A program made the translations under genes and the position numbers. Of a DNA stretch of 30,391 bases, positions 9,042 to 18,096 are shown piece by piece. The stretch is from positions 1 to 30,391 of the forward strand of contig JZWU02000021.1 in assembly GCA_000960865.2 (NCBI GenBank), in the 5' to 3' direction. The notes beneath the pieces were generated by a model. It was not told the origin of the DNA and searched no databases. It worked only from the letters and a program-made list of their open reading frames with translations. The stretch comes from Vulcanisaeta sp. AZ3. Its GTDB lineage: Archaea > Thermoproteota > Thermoprotei > Thermoproteales > Thermocladiaceae. How positions within the stretch are numbered: position 1 is the first letter of the stretch; each line of letters starts with the position of its first letter.

Positions 9042-9056
9042 TAAGGGTGATTAGAT

Positions 9057-9947
9057 ACGGATAGATTTCAAAATCTTAATCATATTCTTACCCAGTATTT
9101 CTATATCCTCCCCATAATAGCCATAGCCCTATTTCTCTTCTTATACCCAGTCGCCTATGCCATTTACATATCATTCACGAACTTCAATCTTTATCACTTG
9201 TTTAGCTATACGGTAATTGGGTTGAAGATTTATGAACAAATATTTAGTAGCAGTACATTCTACACGTTGTTACTGAATACTGTAATTTGGACCGTGGGCA
9301 GCCTCGTGCCTATGGTTATTGCAGGCTTTATTCTCGCCCTACTTCTTAACCAAAGAGATATTAAGGGTAGAAATGTCTTCTTCACGTTATTCCTTGTTCC
9401 CTGGGCCTTTCCGGCTTATATATCATTAATTATTTGGCTAGGTATGTGGAACTATGAGTATGGCATAATCAATAAGTTCTTTGGCCTTATTCATGTAGCC
9501 CCAATCAACTGGTTAACATATACAAATACTGCCTGGGCAGCCCTAATACTCACTAACCTATGGTTATCATTCCCATACTACACAGCTGTATTTCTATCAA
9601 GTCTTCAAAGCATACCAAGTGAGCTTTATGATATAGCCACGGTAGATGGAGCCAATGCTTGGCAAAGATTTACGAACATAACCCTACCCCTAATGCGTAG
9701 CGCTATAGCATTTGTAAGCGTGGGGGGTTTCGTCTTCACATGGAATAACTTCTACCCAATATACCTATTAACTGGGGGTGGTCCTGGTATATCTACTGAC
9801 ATATTGGTGGTTTATACGTATCAAGAAGCATTCTCATATGGATTTTACAATATTGCGGCTGCGTATTCCGTGGTTTCAACAATAATCTTAGCAATAATGG
9901 CAATAATGATGCTCAGGCTTGGTAGAGTCCTCGAGGTGATAACATGA
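9057..9947 (+). CDS. malF: Sugar ABC permease (MalF-like); reading frame extends upstream of the called TTG at 9198, probable ACG start at 9057
   Basis: Frame open from 9051 encodes the typical first TM helix YFYILPIIAIALFLFLYPVAYAIYISFTN; EAA-like loop ELYDIATVDGANAWQRF; FNN-like WNNF and LLTGGGP. Product is secure, start is inferred. Confidence 0.85.
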   Translation, partial: TDRFQNLNHILTQYFYILPIIAIALFLFLYPVAYAIYISFTNFNLYHLFSYTVIGLKIYEQIFSSSTFYTLLLNTVIWTVGSLVPMVIAGFILALLLNQRDIKGRNVFFTLFLVPWAFPAYISLIIWLGMWNYEYGIINKFFGLIHVAPINWLTYTNTAWAALILTNLWLSFPYYTAVFLSSLQSIPSELYDIATVDGANAWQRFTNITLPLMRSAIAFVSVGGFVFTWNNFYPIYLLTGGGPGISTDILVVYTYQEAFSYGFYNIAAAYSVVSTIILAIMAIMMLRLGRVLEVIT

Positions 9948-10807
9948 GCAATAGATACAATCTTAAGTATAAGTTCATTAACTGGATTAGGCTCAGTATA
10001 TCCTACATAATACTTGCCATTGTCGCTATCGTAGCTGTGTTCCCAATATACTATATAGTAATTACATCATTAAATCCAATACCTACATTAGCCTCCATAA
10101 CACTTGCATCATTATTACCTGAGAAACCATCACTAGACGCCTACTATTACATATTGTTCAGAGAACCGTTCCTACTGTGGCTTAGGAATAGCTTAATATT
10201 GGCATCAGGCACTGTGGCTATAACAGTACTTGTTTCTTTCATAACTGGTGCTGCCTTATCCAGACTTAACATAGCCGGTAAGAGGGCTCTAATGATAACA
10301 ATATACGTAATGACATTCTTTCCCTTCGCAGCCACCGCGCTGCCCCTCTACCTAATGTTTGCATCGCTACACTTAATCAATACATACATAGGCCTAATAT
10401 TAGCCTACTCAGGTGGTGCGTCCATATTTAGTTCCTACCTCGTTAAGATATTTATTGATAGAATACCCAGGGATTATGAGGAGGCTGCTTTAATAGATGG
10501 TTTAACAAGGCCAGGCGCTTTCTTCAGGATATTATTACCGATGGCAAAGCCAATAATAGCCTTTGTAGCCTTAATGGCATTTTTAGGAGCATATACAGAC
10601 TATGCATTGGCAAATGCCTTCATAACGAGCGGTAACTTGTGGACACTGACCCTAGGCATGTATTACCTGGCTTTCGTAAATAGAGCTACTCTGTATAACG
10701 TATTTGCAGCCTTCTCAGTATTAATGGGAATACCCATATTTGCAATATTTATAGCATTTGAGAGATACCTAGTACAGATATATGCGATGGGTGGCGTCAA
10801 GGCGTAA
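9944..10807 (+). CDS. malG: Sugar ABC permease (MalG-like)
   Basis: EAA loop IPRDYEEAALIDG, WLRNS, C-terminal GGVKA; ATGA overlap with malF and GAGGTGA RBS. Confidence 0.92.
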   Translation: MSNRYNLKYKFINWIRLSISYIILAIVAIVAVFPIYYIVITSLNPIPTLASITLASLLPEKPSLDAYYYILFREPFLLWLRNSLILASGTVAITVLVSFITGAALSRLNIAGKRALMITIYVMTFFPFAATALPLYLMFASLHLINTYIGLILAYSGGASIFSSYLVKIFIDRIPRDYEEAALIDGLTRPGAFFRILLPMAKPIIAFVALMAFLGAYTDYALANAFITSGNLWTLTLGMYYLAFVNRATLYNVFAAFSVLMGIPIFAIFIAFERYLVQIYAMGGVKA

Positions 10808-10866
10808 TAAAAATTGAAAATTCATAAAAGAATAACTAGAGATAAAATTTAAATACTCAAAAATAC

Positions 10867-13644
10867 ATGAAAATTATGATAATCTGGAAAATATACATAA
10901 TGGTACTTCTAGCATTAATGTTCATGATACTAGTGATACCTACAGTATATGCCCAATCCTCATGTCCATATGTAGTTACCTTTAACGTAACACCAACCAG
11001 CGGACCTGCCTACATATCAATATCAATTTCAGGAATACCCCAGGGCCATGAAGTTTACCTACACTGGGGTATTGAGCCGTATCCGCAGGGCCCATGGTCG
11101 AACGTAACTGATACGCAAATGACTTGGAATGGTGAGAGTTACACGGTGACGATAGGTCCCTTCCAACCAGGGACTTGGGTTGCTTGGGTATTTCATGATG
11201 CAACGACTAATACATGGATTAATTACCAATGTACCCCATTCTGGAATTGGAATATCAATGTTAATCCACCCAATGCAGGCTATACCTGGGCCTATGTATA
11301 TCCAAATGGAACAATACTAATAACAATGCTTGGCAGGGCTCCAGACAATATATTACTATGGTATGGGTTGACATCGGGACCTGGTAATGTTCCATGGTAT
11401 ACAACAAGTGGGCAGCCTGGTAATCTAATTGCTAACATGACCTTTAACCCACTCTGGGGTAATTATTCAGTCCTTATAGGGCCCTTCAAGCCAGGCCAAT
11501 GGATTCAATGGGTTTATTGGGACAAATCCACAAACACCTGGCTGCATTGCTCAACGAACTTAATAAGTGGCCCCGTTGTTTGTACACCAGGCGGTAACTT
11601 TGCAATTCAGGACATATACTCACCTCTCGTCTTTATAAATGCAACCTATAGTAAGTATGTATACCTCATTGGGCAGAATGCAACCGTATACGTACTCTTC
11701 AATAATGAGTTTGGTAAGGCAATTAATGCGAATATGACGCTGACAATAGGTAATTACGTACTTAATTACTACAATATATCGATACCACCCGGTTATACGA
11801 CGGTACCTCTAAGCTTCACCGTAAACATGCCTCAGGGAATCTATACACCAACTCTCGCTGTGTATAACCTGGAGACCCCATTAACGCGAGTCACATTGCC
11901 AAGCCTATATGTACTTAATACCACAGGCAAGCCATTGATGAGTCTAGTCATTGTTTGGAACATGCATCAACCACTGTACATAGAGCCCAATGGGACTTGG
12001 GAGCAGGCATGGGTCCTGCTTCATACATGTCATGACTTTCTGTGGAATGGTACGTGGGTTGGCGCCTATGAACTACAAGCTATGTTGATTAATAAGTACA
12101 ATGTGAGTGTCACGATAGACTTCACCCCCGTCTTGCTTTATCAGTGGGAGACAATAATTACAGAGGGTAGATTCCCCTATGCACCTGTTTGGCCAAGTCC
12201 ATCAACACTTAACTTTAACCTGACTCAGTGTGTTGAGACGATTAATTACACGGTCAACCTATATAGGGAGTTGGCTCAGGAGGGTAAGGTGGAGATACTC
12301 ACGGTACCTTTCTATCACCCGCTTCAAGCAATTATTTATGATAACGGTTGGTCAAGCGACCTATTGGCTCAGATAATCATGGGTGAGGAAATGACGGAGA
12401 GGGTCTTTGGGGTTAAGGCTACGGGTGCTTGGACCCCTGAGATGGCTTTCAACATGGGTCTAATTCACCTATACAATGAAACTGGTATTGAGTTTACTAT
12501 ACTCGATGCTCAAGCCTTCCTACCATATGCAACTGTGGTTAGTGGCACACCAACGCCCTATGGGCCGATAATAGTAGAGGACTCAACAGGTGAACAATTA
12601 ATAGTTCTATTCAGAGACACAAACCTATCCAATGCATTTTCCTTCTCCTATTTCAGCCAACCGCCTCAGATGACAGCGAGGGAGTTAATTCATTACTTAG
12701 CTAGGCTATACATGAGGAATCCTGGTGCTGTGGTTGTTGTTGCATTGGATGGTGAAAATCCACTAATATTTAACCCAACAACAGGACCCTATGGCCTACA
12801 AGCTATATACCAAGTGCTCTCTAAGTATCAGGGAACCTTCTTCATAACGCAAACGGCGAGTGAGGCCATAAAAACTCACAGCCCTGTGGCTATACTTACT
12901 AACCTACCAGAGTCCTCCTGGAATCTAAACTTAAATAATTGGAATAATGGTTATCCAAATAAGACAAAGATTTGGTACTCAGTGGCTTTAGCTCGTGAAT
13001 ACCTAGTCGCCTTCACAAAGGCAGTGCATATGCAGTTATCACCTGTTGTACCGTTACCCTTTAACATAACACCAAACTCCACAAACCCAGTATACACGCT
13101 GTGGAATTACCTATACATTGCTGAGGGGAGTGATTGGACTTGGCAGACAGGGCCTCCAAATTATGGCCCAGTGTGGTTTGAACAGCAAGCTTTGACTTAT
13201 ACAAATACCATAATCAATACTATTAAGAGTTGGTTAGGGCAGGTGAGGCTTATTAGATATACTGTTACGCGTGATGGAGTTATCCTCACGATATATAACG
13301 GACTTAACTACACGCTATACGTAACTCTAGTAGTCAGTAATGGAACATACGCAGTAGCCAAGCCCATAGTACTTAAGCCGCACCACATGAACGTAATGCA
13401 CATAAAAGGCATTAGGAACGCCACAATTATTCAGCTTTATTCGACGGTTAATGATTATGAGCTTGGAGACCACCCAATACCGATTAATCAATACGGATTC
13501 CCGTTAATTACGTACCACCTAAGCCCAAGTAATTCGCAAACCGCGACCCAGAGTAACTCCGAAAATCTCGACATTGCCATAACCGTACTAATAACTCTAT
13601 CAGTACTTACGGCAGTAATGTTACTTAAGAAATTTTTATTATAA
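10867..13644 (+). CDS. Secreted, membrane-anchored GH57 alpha-amylase/amylopullulanase with two N-terminal Trp-rich repeats
   Basis: Signal peptide ending in VYA-Q; GH57 regions WNMHQP, GKVEILTVPFYHPL, WTPEM, ALDGEN, AEGSDWTW; C-terminal TM helix plus KK; many N-x-S/T sequons. Confidence 0.92.
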   Translation: MKIMIIWKIYIMVLLALMFMILVIPTVYAQSSCPYVVTFNVTPTSGPAYISISISGIPQGHEVYLHWGIEPYPQGPWSNVTDTQMTWNGESYTVTIGPFQPGTWVAWVFHDATTNTWINYQCTPFWNWNINVNPPNAGYTWAYVYPNGTILITMLGRAPDNILLWYGLTSGPGNVPWYTTSGQPGNLIANMTFNPLWGNYSVLIGPFKPGQWIQWVYWDKSTNTWLHCSTNLISGPVVCTPGGNFAIQDIYSPLVFINATYSKYVYLIGQNATVYVLFNNEFGKAINANMTLTIGNYVLNYYNISIPPGYTTVPLSFTVNMPQGIYTPTLAVYNLETPLTRVTLPSLYVLNTTGKPLMSLVIVWNMHQPLYIEPNGTWEQAWVLLHTCHDFLWNGTWVGAYELQAMLINKYNVSVTIDFTPVLLYQWETIITEGRFPYAPVWPSPSTLNFNLTQCVETINYTVNLYRELAQEGKVEILTVPFYHPLQAIIYDNGWSSDLLAQIIMGEEMTERVFGVKATGAWTPEMAFNMGLIHLYNETGIEFTILDAQAFLPYATVVSGTPTPYGPIIVEDSTGEQLIVLFRDTNLSNAFSFSYFSQPPQMTARELIHYLARLYMRNPGAVVVVALDGENPLIFNPTTGPYGLQAIYQVLSKYQGTFFITQTASEAIKTHSPVAILTNLPESSWNLNLNNWNNGYPNKTKIWYSVALAREYLVAFTKAVHMQLSPVVPLPFNITPNSTNPVYTLWNYLYIAEGSDWTWQTGPPNYGPVWFEQQALTYTNTIINTIKSWLGQVRLIRYTVTRDGVILTIYNGLNYTLYVTLVVSNGTYAVAKPIVLKPHHMNVMHIKGIRNATIIQLYSTVNDYELGDHPIPINQYGFPLITYHLSPSNSQTATQSNSENLDIAITVLITLSVLTAVMLLKKFLL

Positions 13645-13850
13645 CTATTCATAATCTTAACATAATTAAAATCCTTCATTTTCTTTTACACTATATGATT
13701 ATTTTATATAGATATAGACCTGGCCCTTAGCTTAGCAGCTTTACGGTCTCTTTAAGCTTAACGCCATGGAGCTTGCACAGCTGGGAGACTTTATTTGCCT
13801 TGAGTGCCAAGCCTGGTGGCAATAAAGTAAATTGTTTCGCATGATTGATT

Positions 13851-14045
13851 TCAGCCCTTATTACTAGTCCTGGAAATTAATGAGTAATACCTACTAAGCA
13901 CTGGGCATCCGCGTCCCTCATTTAGGCAAAGGTTTATGAACTTACCCCTACTGCTTCTCCAATCCTCAGGGGGCATTAGTATGCATCTTTCACCATCACG
14001 TGTTCTCTGATAAAACATGCACTTACTCGTACCTGTAGATGACAT
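13851..14045 (-). CDS. Small Cys-containing hypothetical protein (possible metal binding)
   Basis: 64 aa with four Cys (KCMFY, RCIL, LCLNEGRGCP); divergent from 14099 across an AT-rich spacer. Confidence 0.65.
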   Translation of the reverse strand: MSSTGTSKCMFYQRTRDGERCILMPPEDWRSSRGKFINLCLNEGRGCPVLSRYYSLISRTSNKG

Positions 14046-14098
14046 GTTAATTCTGATGTTTATGGGTATAATATAAACTTAATAAACTAGTTTCTATA

Positions 14099-14401
14099 AT
14101 GCAAGTTGTGCCGGTCATCGTTGAGATTGCGATCGACCCAATAGGAACCTCATCAACAAGTGTTGGTGATTTAATTAAGGTTGCTGTTGATGTTATTAGG
14201 AGGTATGGTTATAAGTATGAGGTTGGTCCCATGGGAACTTCTGTGGAACTACCTAGTGTTGAGGCCTTAGGTAAGTTGCTTCAGAATATACATGATGTCC
14301 TCTATAATGCAGGTGTTAAGAGGATTGTAACTACAATAAGGATAGATGATAGAAGGGATAAGGAAATAACAATGGAGTATAAAGTGAGGAGAGTTAGTTA
14401 A
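14099..14401 (+). CDS. MTH1187/YkoF-family thiamine-binding protein
   Basis: PIGTSSTSV, YEVGPMGTSVE, RIVTTIRIDDRRDK. Confidence 0.9.
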   Translation: MQVVPVIVEIAIDPIGTSSTSVGDLIKVAVDVIRRYGYKYEVGPMGTSVELPSVEALGKLLQNIHDVLYNAGVKRIVTTIRIDDRRDKEITMEYKVRRVS

Positions 14402-14406
14402 GGGTC

Positions 14407-14865
14407 ATGGTTAAGGTAAGGATTAAATTAGGTTCGGTATTTGACGACCCGGAATTCTTCGAGGTAAAGATGAACTGTACTAAGTGCGGTAAGTGCTGCC
14501 TAGGGACAGAGATGGAACTTCTTCCGGAGGATATTGAGAGGATAGTGGCCTTGGGCTATAAGTTAAGGGATTTTGCTATTTTTGACGGTGAAATTTGGCG
14601 GTTGAGGAATGTGGATGGGCATTGTGTATTCCTTAATCCGAGTACCATGGAGTGCACAATATATGAGAATAGACCAATTGGTTGCCGCTTATATCCTCTG
14701 GTCTATGATGATATTGAGGGTCCCTACATTGATAAGGAGTGTCCTGCGTGGAATACCATAAGGAATATAGAGATTAAGAGATTAGGAAAGTACTTACCAA
14801 TCTTTGTGAGAAGGTCAAGAGAGACCAGGGATTGGGTTAGGATTAGGTTTAATATTCATGATTGA
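14407..14865 (+). CDS. YkgJ-family cysteine cluster protein
   Basis: CTKCGKCC, CVFL, CTIYENRPIGCRLYP. Confidence 0.9.
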   Translation: MVKVRIKLGSVFDDPEFFEVKMNCTKCGKCCLGTEMELLPEDIERIVALGYKLRDFAIFDGEIWRLRNVDGHCVFLNPSTMECTIYENRPIGCRLYPLVYDDIEGPYIDKECPAWNTIRNIEIKRLGKYLPIFVRRSRETRDWVRIRFNIHD

Positions 14866-15051
14866 TTATTTTATTTATATAAGTATTACTTACCATGATA
14901 ATTAAAGAAATGTTGTGTAAAATATATTATAGCAATTATGTTTCAAATAGTCTACGTGGTTCGTACAATCCTTATTAAGATATTCCGATTATATAATGTA
15001 TTTATATTTAGCTATTTTTATCATTTAGAGATAAATAACTCACCAGAAGCA

Positions 15052-15059
15052 TTTATAAA
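15052..15059 (+). promoter_or_regulatory. TATA box of the oxidoreductase operon
   Basis: TTTATAAA ending 21 nt before ATG 15081, with purine-rich BRE-like sequence upstream; fits a leaderless transcript. Confidence 0.6.
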
Positions 15060-15080
15060 TACTCATGATCTGTGGTTTTA

Positions 15081-15644
15081 ATGATGAGCGCATATAAGGT
15101 AACCGAGTTCATAATACTTGGTAGAGGAGGCCAAGGTGGTGTTACTGCAGCCAGGATATTAGTGTCTGCAGCCCTTAAGGATGGTAAGTGGGGTCAAGCA
15201 ATTCCTGAATTTGGTGCCGAGCGTAGGGGTGCCGTGGTTAAGACATATGCTAGGATTGCGGATAAACCTATTAATATGCATAGCAATGTTAGAAGAGCTG
15301 ATGTGCTTGTAGTATTGGTAAGTAATATCCTAGATCTAGTTAATATTAACGATTTAATGAAGGATGTAAATTCAATAGTTATTGTGAATTCACCAGTACC
15401 CATTAGGACTGGTTACAAGACATATTATGTTGATGCTACCTCAATAACGGAAAAGCTTGGGCTTGTGGTCGCAGGTTGGCACTTGGTCAGCACGCCTCTC
15501 CTAGGTGCTGTGGCTAGGGTAACTGGTATTGTCAGTCTCGACTCGATCATTAATTCGTTGCCAGAGTTCATTGGTAAGGATAATCTTATTAAATTGAATG
15601 CAGAGGCAGCTAGGATGGGTTATGAAATGATCAGGGGTGAGTGA
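15081..15644 (+). CDS. porG: Pyruvate/2-oxoacid:ferredoxin oxidoreductase gamma subunit
   Basis: GRGGQGGVTAA, PEFGAERRGA, VDAT; start placed at ATG 15081 from TATA spacing. Confidence 0.92.
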   Translation: MMSAYKVTEFIILGRGGQGGVTAARILVSAALKDGKWGQAIPEFGAERRGAVVKTYARIADKPINMHSNVRRADVLVVLVSNILDLVNINDLMKDVNSIVIVNSPVPIRTGYKTYYVDATSITEKLGLVVAGWHLVSTPLLGAVARVTGIVSLDSIINSLPEFIGKDNLIKLNAEAARMGYEMIRGE

Positions 15645-15924
15645 GATGAGCGTGGCGGAGAAGCTAAGAGGTTCTCTCTTGTCTACGCCTGCTGAGGGCG
15701 CTGGCGGTAGGACTGGTACGTGGCGTGTATATAGGCCGGTAATTAACTATGCTAAGTGTACGAAATGCGGATTATGCTGGCTCTACTGTCCTGAGAATGT
15801 AATTGATTGGCTTGAGGATAAGAACGTTAAGATCAATTACGATTATTGTAAAGGATGTGGAATATGTGCAGATATATGTCCTGTGAAGGCAATTGACATG
15901 GTTAAGGAGGAGGGGGTGGTGTGA
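15637..15924 (+). CDS. porD: Pyruvate/2-oxoacid:ferredoxin oxidoreductase delta subunit (2x[4Fe-4S])
   Basis: TGTWR, CTKCGLCWLYCP, YDYCKGCGICADICP. Confidence 0.93.
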   Translation: MSEMSVAEKLRGSLLSTPAEGAGGRTGTWRVYRPVINYAKCTKCGLCWLYCPENVIDWLEDKNVKINYDYCKGCGICADICPVKAIDMVKEEGVV

Positions 15925-15925
15925 T

Positions 15926-17140
15926 ATGGTGAGCCAGATATCTATGGCGAAACAGGTTAGGAAGGTGTTGGTAGGGAATCACGCAGTTGCTGAGGCTGTT
16001 AAGTTGGCTAGAGTTAATGTAATTTCGGCATATCCAATAACACCACAGACCCTAATTGTTGAGAGAATATCTGAAATGATAGATAAAGGCGAATTGAAAG
16101 CTGACTACATAAGAGTTGAGAGTGAGTTTGCAGCGTTAGCTACGGTTTACGGAGCTACCTCGGCAGGTGCTAGGGCATTCACAGCAACATCAAGCCACGG
16201 CCTATTCTACATGTATGAAATGCTTTGGTGGGCTGCAGCATCAAGAATTCCGTTCGTGATGGCTGTGGTTACGAGAGTCGTGGGTCCACCATGGAATATA
16301 CATAATGAGCATACAGATCTCCTTGCAATTAGGGATAGTGGTTGGATAATTGGTATGGCCCAGAATGTCCAGGAGGCCTTTGATATGACACTGACGGCAT
16401 TTAAGATAAGTGAGGATGAGAGAGTATTATTGCCTGTGGCTGTGGGGCTTGATGGTTTTGTACTAAGTCATACGGCTGAGCCTCTCTATATACCGTCTCA
16501 AGATGATGTTGATGCTTGGTTGCCTCCGAGGAATCCGAGGATTCCTTATGTAATTGAGCCTGGTGGCGAGTCGATTACAATGGGTAATTTGCCTAAGGAT
16601 GATGTTTACCATGCATTGCTTAAGAAGTACATGGATGAGTCTATGGAGAGTGCGAAGAAGGTAATTGCGGAGGTTTATGATGAGTATGGAAAGTTGACTG
16701 GTAGGAACTATGGGCCATTAACTGAGTGTTATATGTGCGGTGATGCCAAGTACATAGCTGTCTCAATGGGTGCTTGGAGTGGTGATATATTAACGGCAAT
16801 CGAGAGGCTTAGAGATGAGGGATACCCAGTGGGTTTATTGAGGCTTAGGTACGTAAGGCCATTCCCTGAGGAGGACATAATCGCGTGGATCAACGGTGCC
16901 AGGGGTGTGATAATATTTGACAGAGACTACTCAGCGGGTATGGGCGGTGTATTAGCGAGCGAGATTAGCGGTCTTATCCCAAGTAATGTATCGTATGAGG
17001 GAGTCATAGCAGGCGTTGGCGGTTTTGATGTCTCCCCCGATGAGCTGAAGACAATAATTAGTGACTTTATAAATAGGGTTGAGCGTGAGGGTCCAGTTAG
17101 AATTAGGAAGTATTGGTATATACCTAAGGTTAAGGGGTGA
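15926..17140 (+). CDS. porA: Pyruvate/2-oxoacid:ferredoxin oxidoreductase alpha subunit
   Basis: GNHAVA, AYPITPQT, VESE, TATSSHGL, DGFVLSHT, VRPFP; start at ATG 15926 just after the porD stop. Confidence 0.93.
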   Translation: MVSQISMAKQVRKVLVGNHAVAEAVKLARVNVISAYPITPQTLIVERISEMIDKGELKADYIRVESEFAALATVYGATSAGARAFTATSSHGLFYMYEMLWWAAASRIPFVMAVVTRVVGPPWNIHNEHTDLLAIRDSGWIIGMAQNVQEAFDMTLTAFKISEDERVLLPVAVGLDGFVLSHTAEPLYIPSQDDVDAWLPPRNPRIPYVIEPGGESITMGNLPKDDVYHALLKKYMDESMESAKKVIAEVYDEYGKLTGRNYGPLTECYMCGDAKYIAVSMGAWSGDILTAIERLRDEGYPVGLLRLRYVRPFPEEDIIAWINGARGVIIFDRDYSAGMGGVLASEISGLIPSNVSYEGVIAGVGGFDVSPDELKTIISDFINRVEREGPVRIRKYWYIPKVKG

Positions 17141-18051
17141 TGAGTATGGTCACAATGACAGAATTACATAAGTACGGGAAAACAAAATTCATAATGCCTG
17201 GCACAGCTGCATGTCCTGGATGCCCATTACAAGTAGGCATGAGGCAGCTTGCTATGGCGCTTGACGGCAAGTTCGTAATGGTTATACCAGCAGGATGTTC
17301 AAGTGTCATACCAGGTACTGCACCCTTTACTGCATATACCGTGCCTACGCTACACGTACCGTTTGCTTCATCTCCAGCCGTGGCCAGTGGCATAGTTAGA
17401 GCCATTAGGCAAAGGGGTAATAATGGTCCTGTGGTTGTTTGGGCTGGTGATGGAGCTACGGCTGATATAGGCATTGCAACTCTTAGTGGTGCTGCCTATA
17501 GAAATGAGGATATACTATACATAATGGCCGATAATGAGGCATACATGAACACGGGCATTCAAGCTAGTGGTACAACGCCTTGGATGGCATGGACTACAAC
17601 ATCACCGAGGGGTAAGACTGAGGGTGAGAAAGATGTGGCTTTAATAGTGCTAATGCATGGGGTACCATACGTGGCTACGGCCAGCATTGCCTACCCAATG
17701 GACTTCATTGAGAAGATTAGGAGGGCAGTGCAGATTAAAGGGTTCAAGTTCATACATTTATTGGCACCATGCCCACCAGGTTGGAAAATGGATGATGCAT
17801 ATACAATTAGGGCTGCCAGACTTGCCGTTGAAACGGGTGCTTTCATACTTTGGGAATATAACCAAGGCAAGTTTAATATAAGCCCAGCCAGTCTAATATA
17901 TAAGGATAAGGCTAAAAGGAAGTCTCTGGAGGAGTATCTTAAGATTCAAGGTAGGTTTGCACACCTCAAGCCTGAGGATATTAAGTTGCTTGAGGAAAGA
18001 ATCGATGAAAAGTGGAGATTTGTACTTAAGCTTGCTGAAATGTATAAGTAA
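17137..18051 (+). CDS. porB: Pyruvate/2-oxoacid:ferredoxin oxidoreductase beta subunit (TPP-binding)
   Basis: ACPGC, GDG followed by DNEAYMNTGIQ, PCPPGW, QGRFAHL. Confidence 0.93.
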   Translation: MMSMVTMTELHKYGKTKFIMPGTAACPGCPLQVGMRQLAMALDGKFVMVIPAGCSSVIPGTAPFTAYTVPTLHVPFASSPAVASGIVRAIRQRGNNGPVVVWAGDGATADIGIATLSGAAYRNEDILYIMADNEAYMNTGIQASGTTPWMAWTTTSPRGKTEGEKDVALIVLMHGVPYVATASIAYPMDFIEKIRRAVQIKGFKFIHLLAPCPPGWKMDDAYTIRAARLAVETGAFILWEYNQGKFNISPASLIYKDKAKRKSLEEYLKIQGRFAHLKPEDIKLLEERIDEKWRFVLKLAEMYK

Positions 18052-18096
18052 CGTTTTAAAATAAAATTTAATAACCATAATCGAGCCTCCTAGCTG

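Noticed and set aside
5855-13850. tRNA-integrated provirus or integrative element
   Set aside because: No integrase, no duplicated tRNA fragment found, and the cluster lies on the 5' side of the tRNA.
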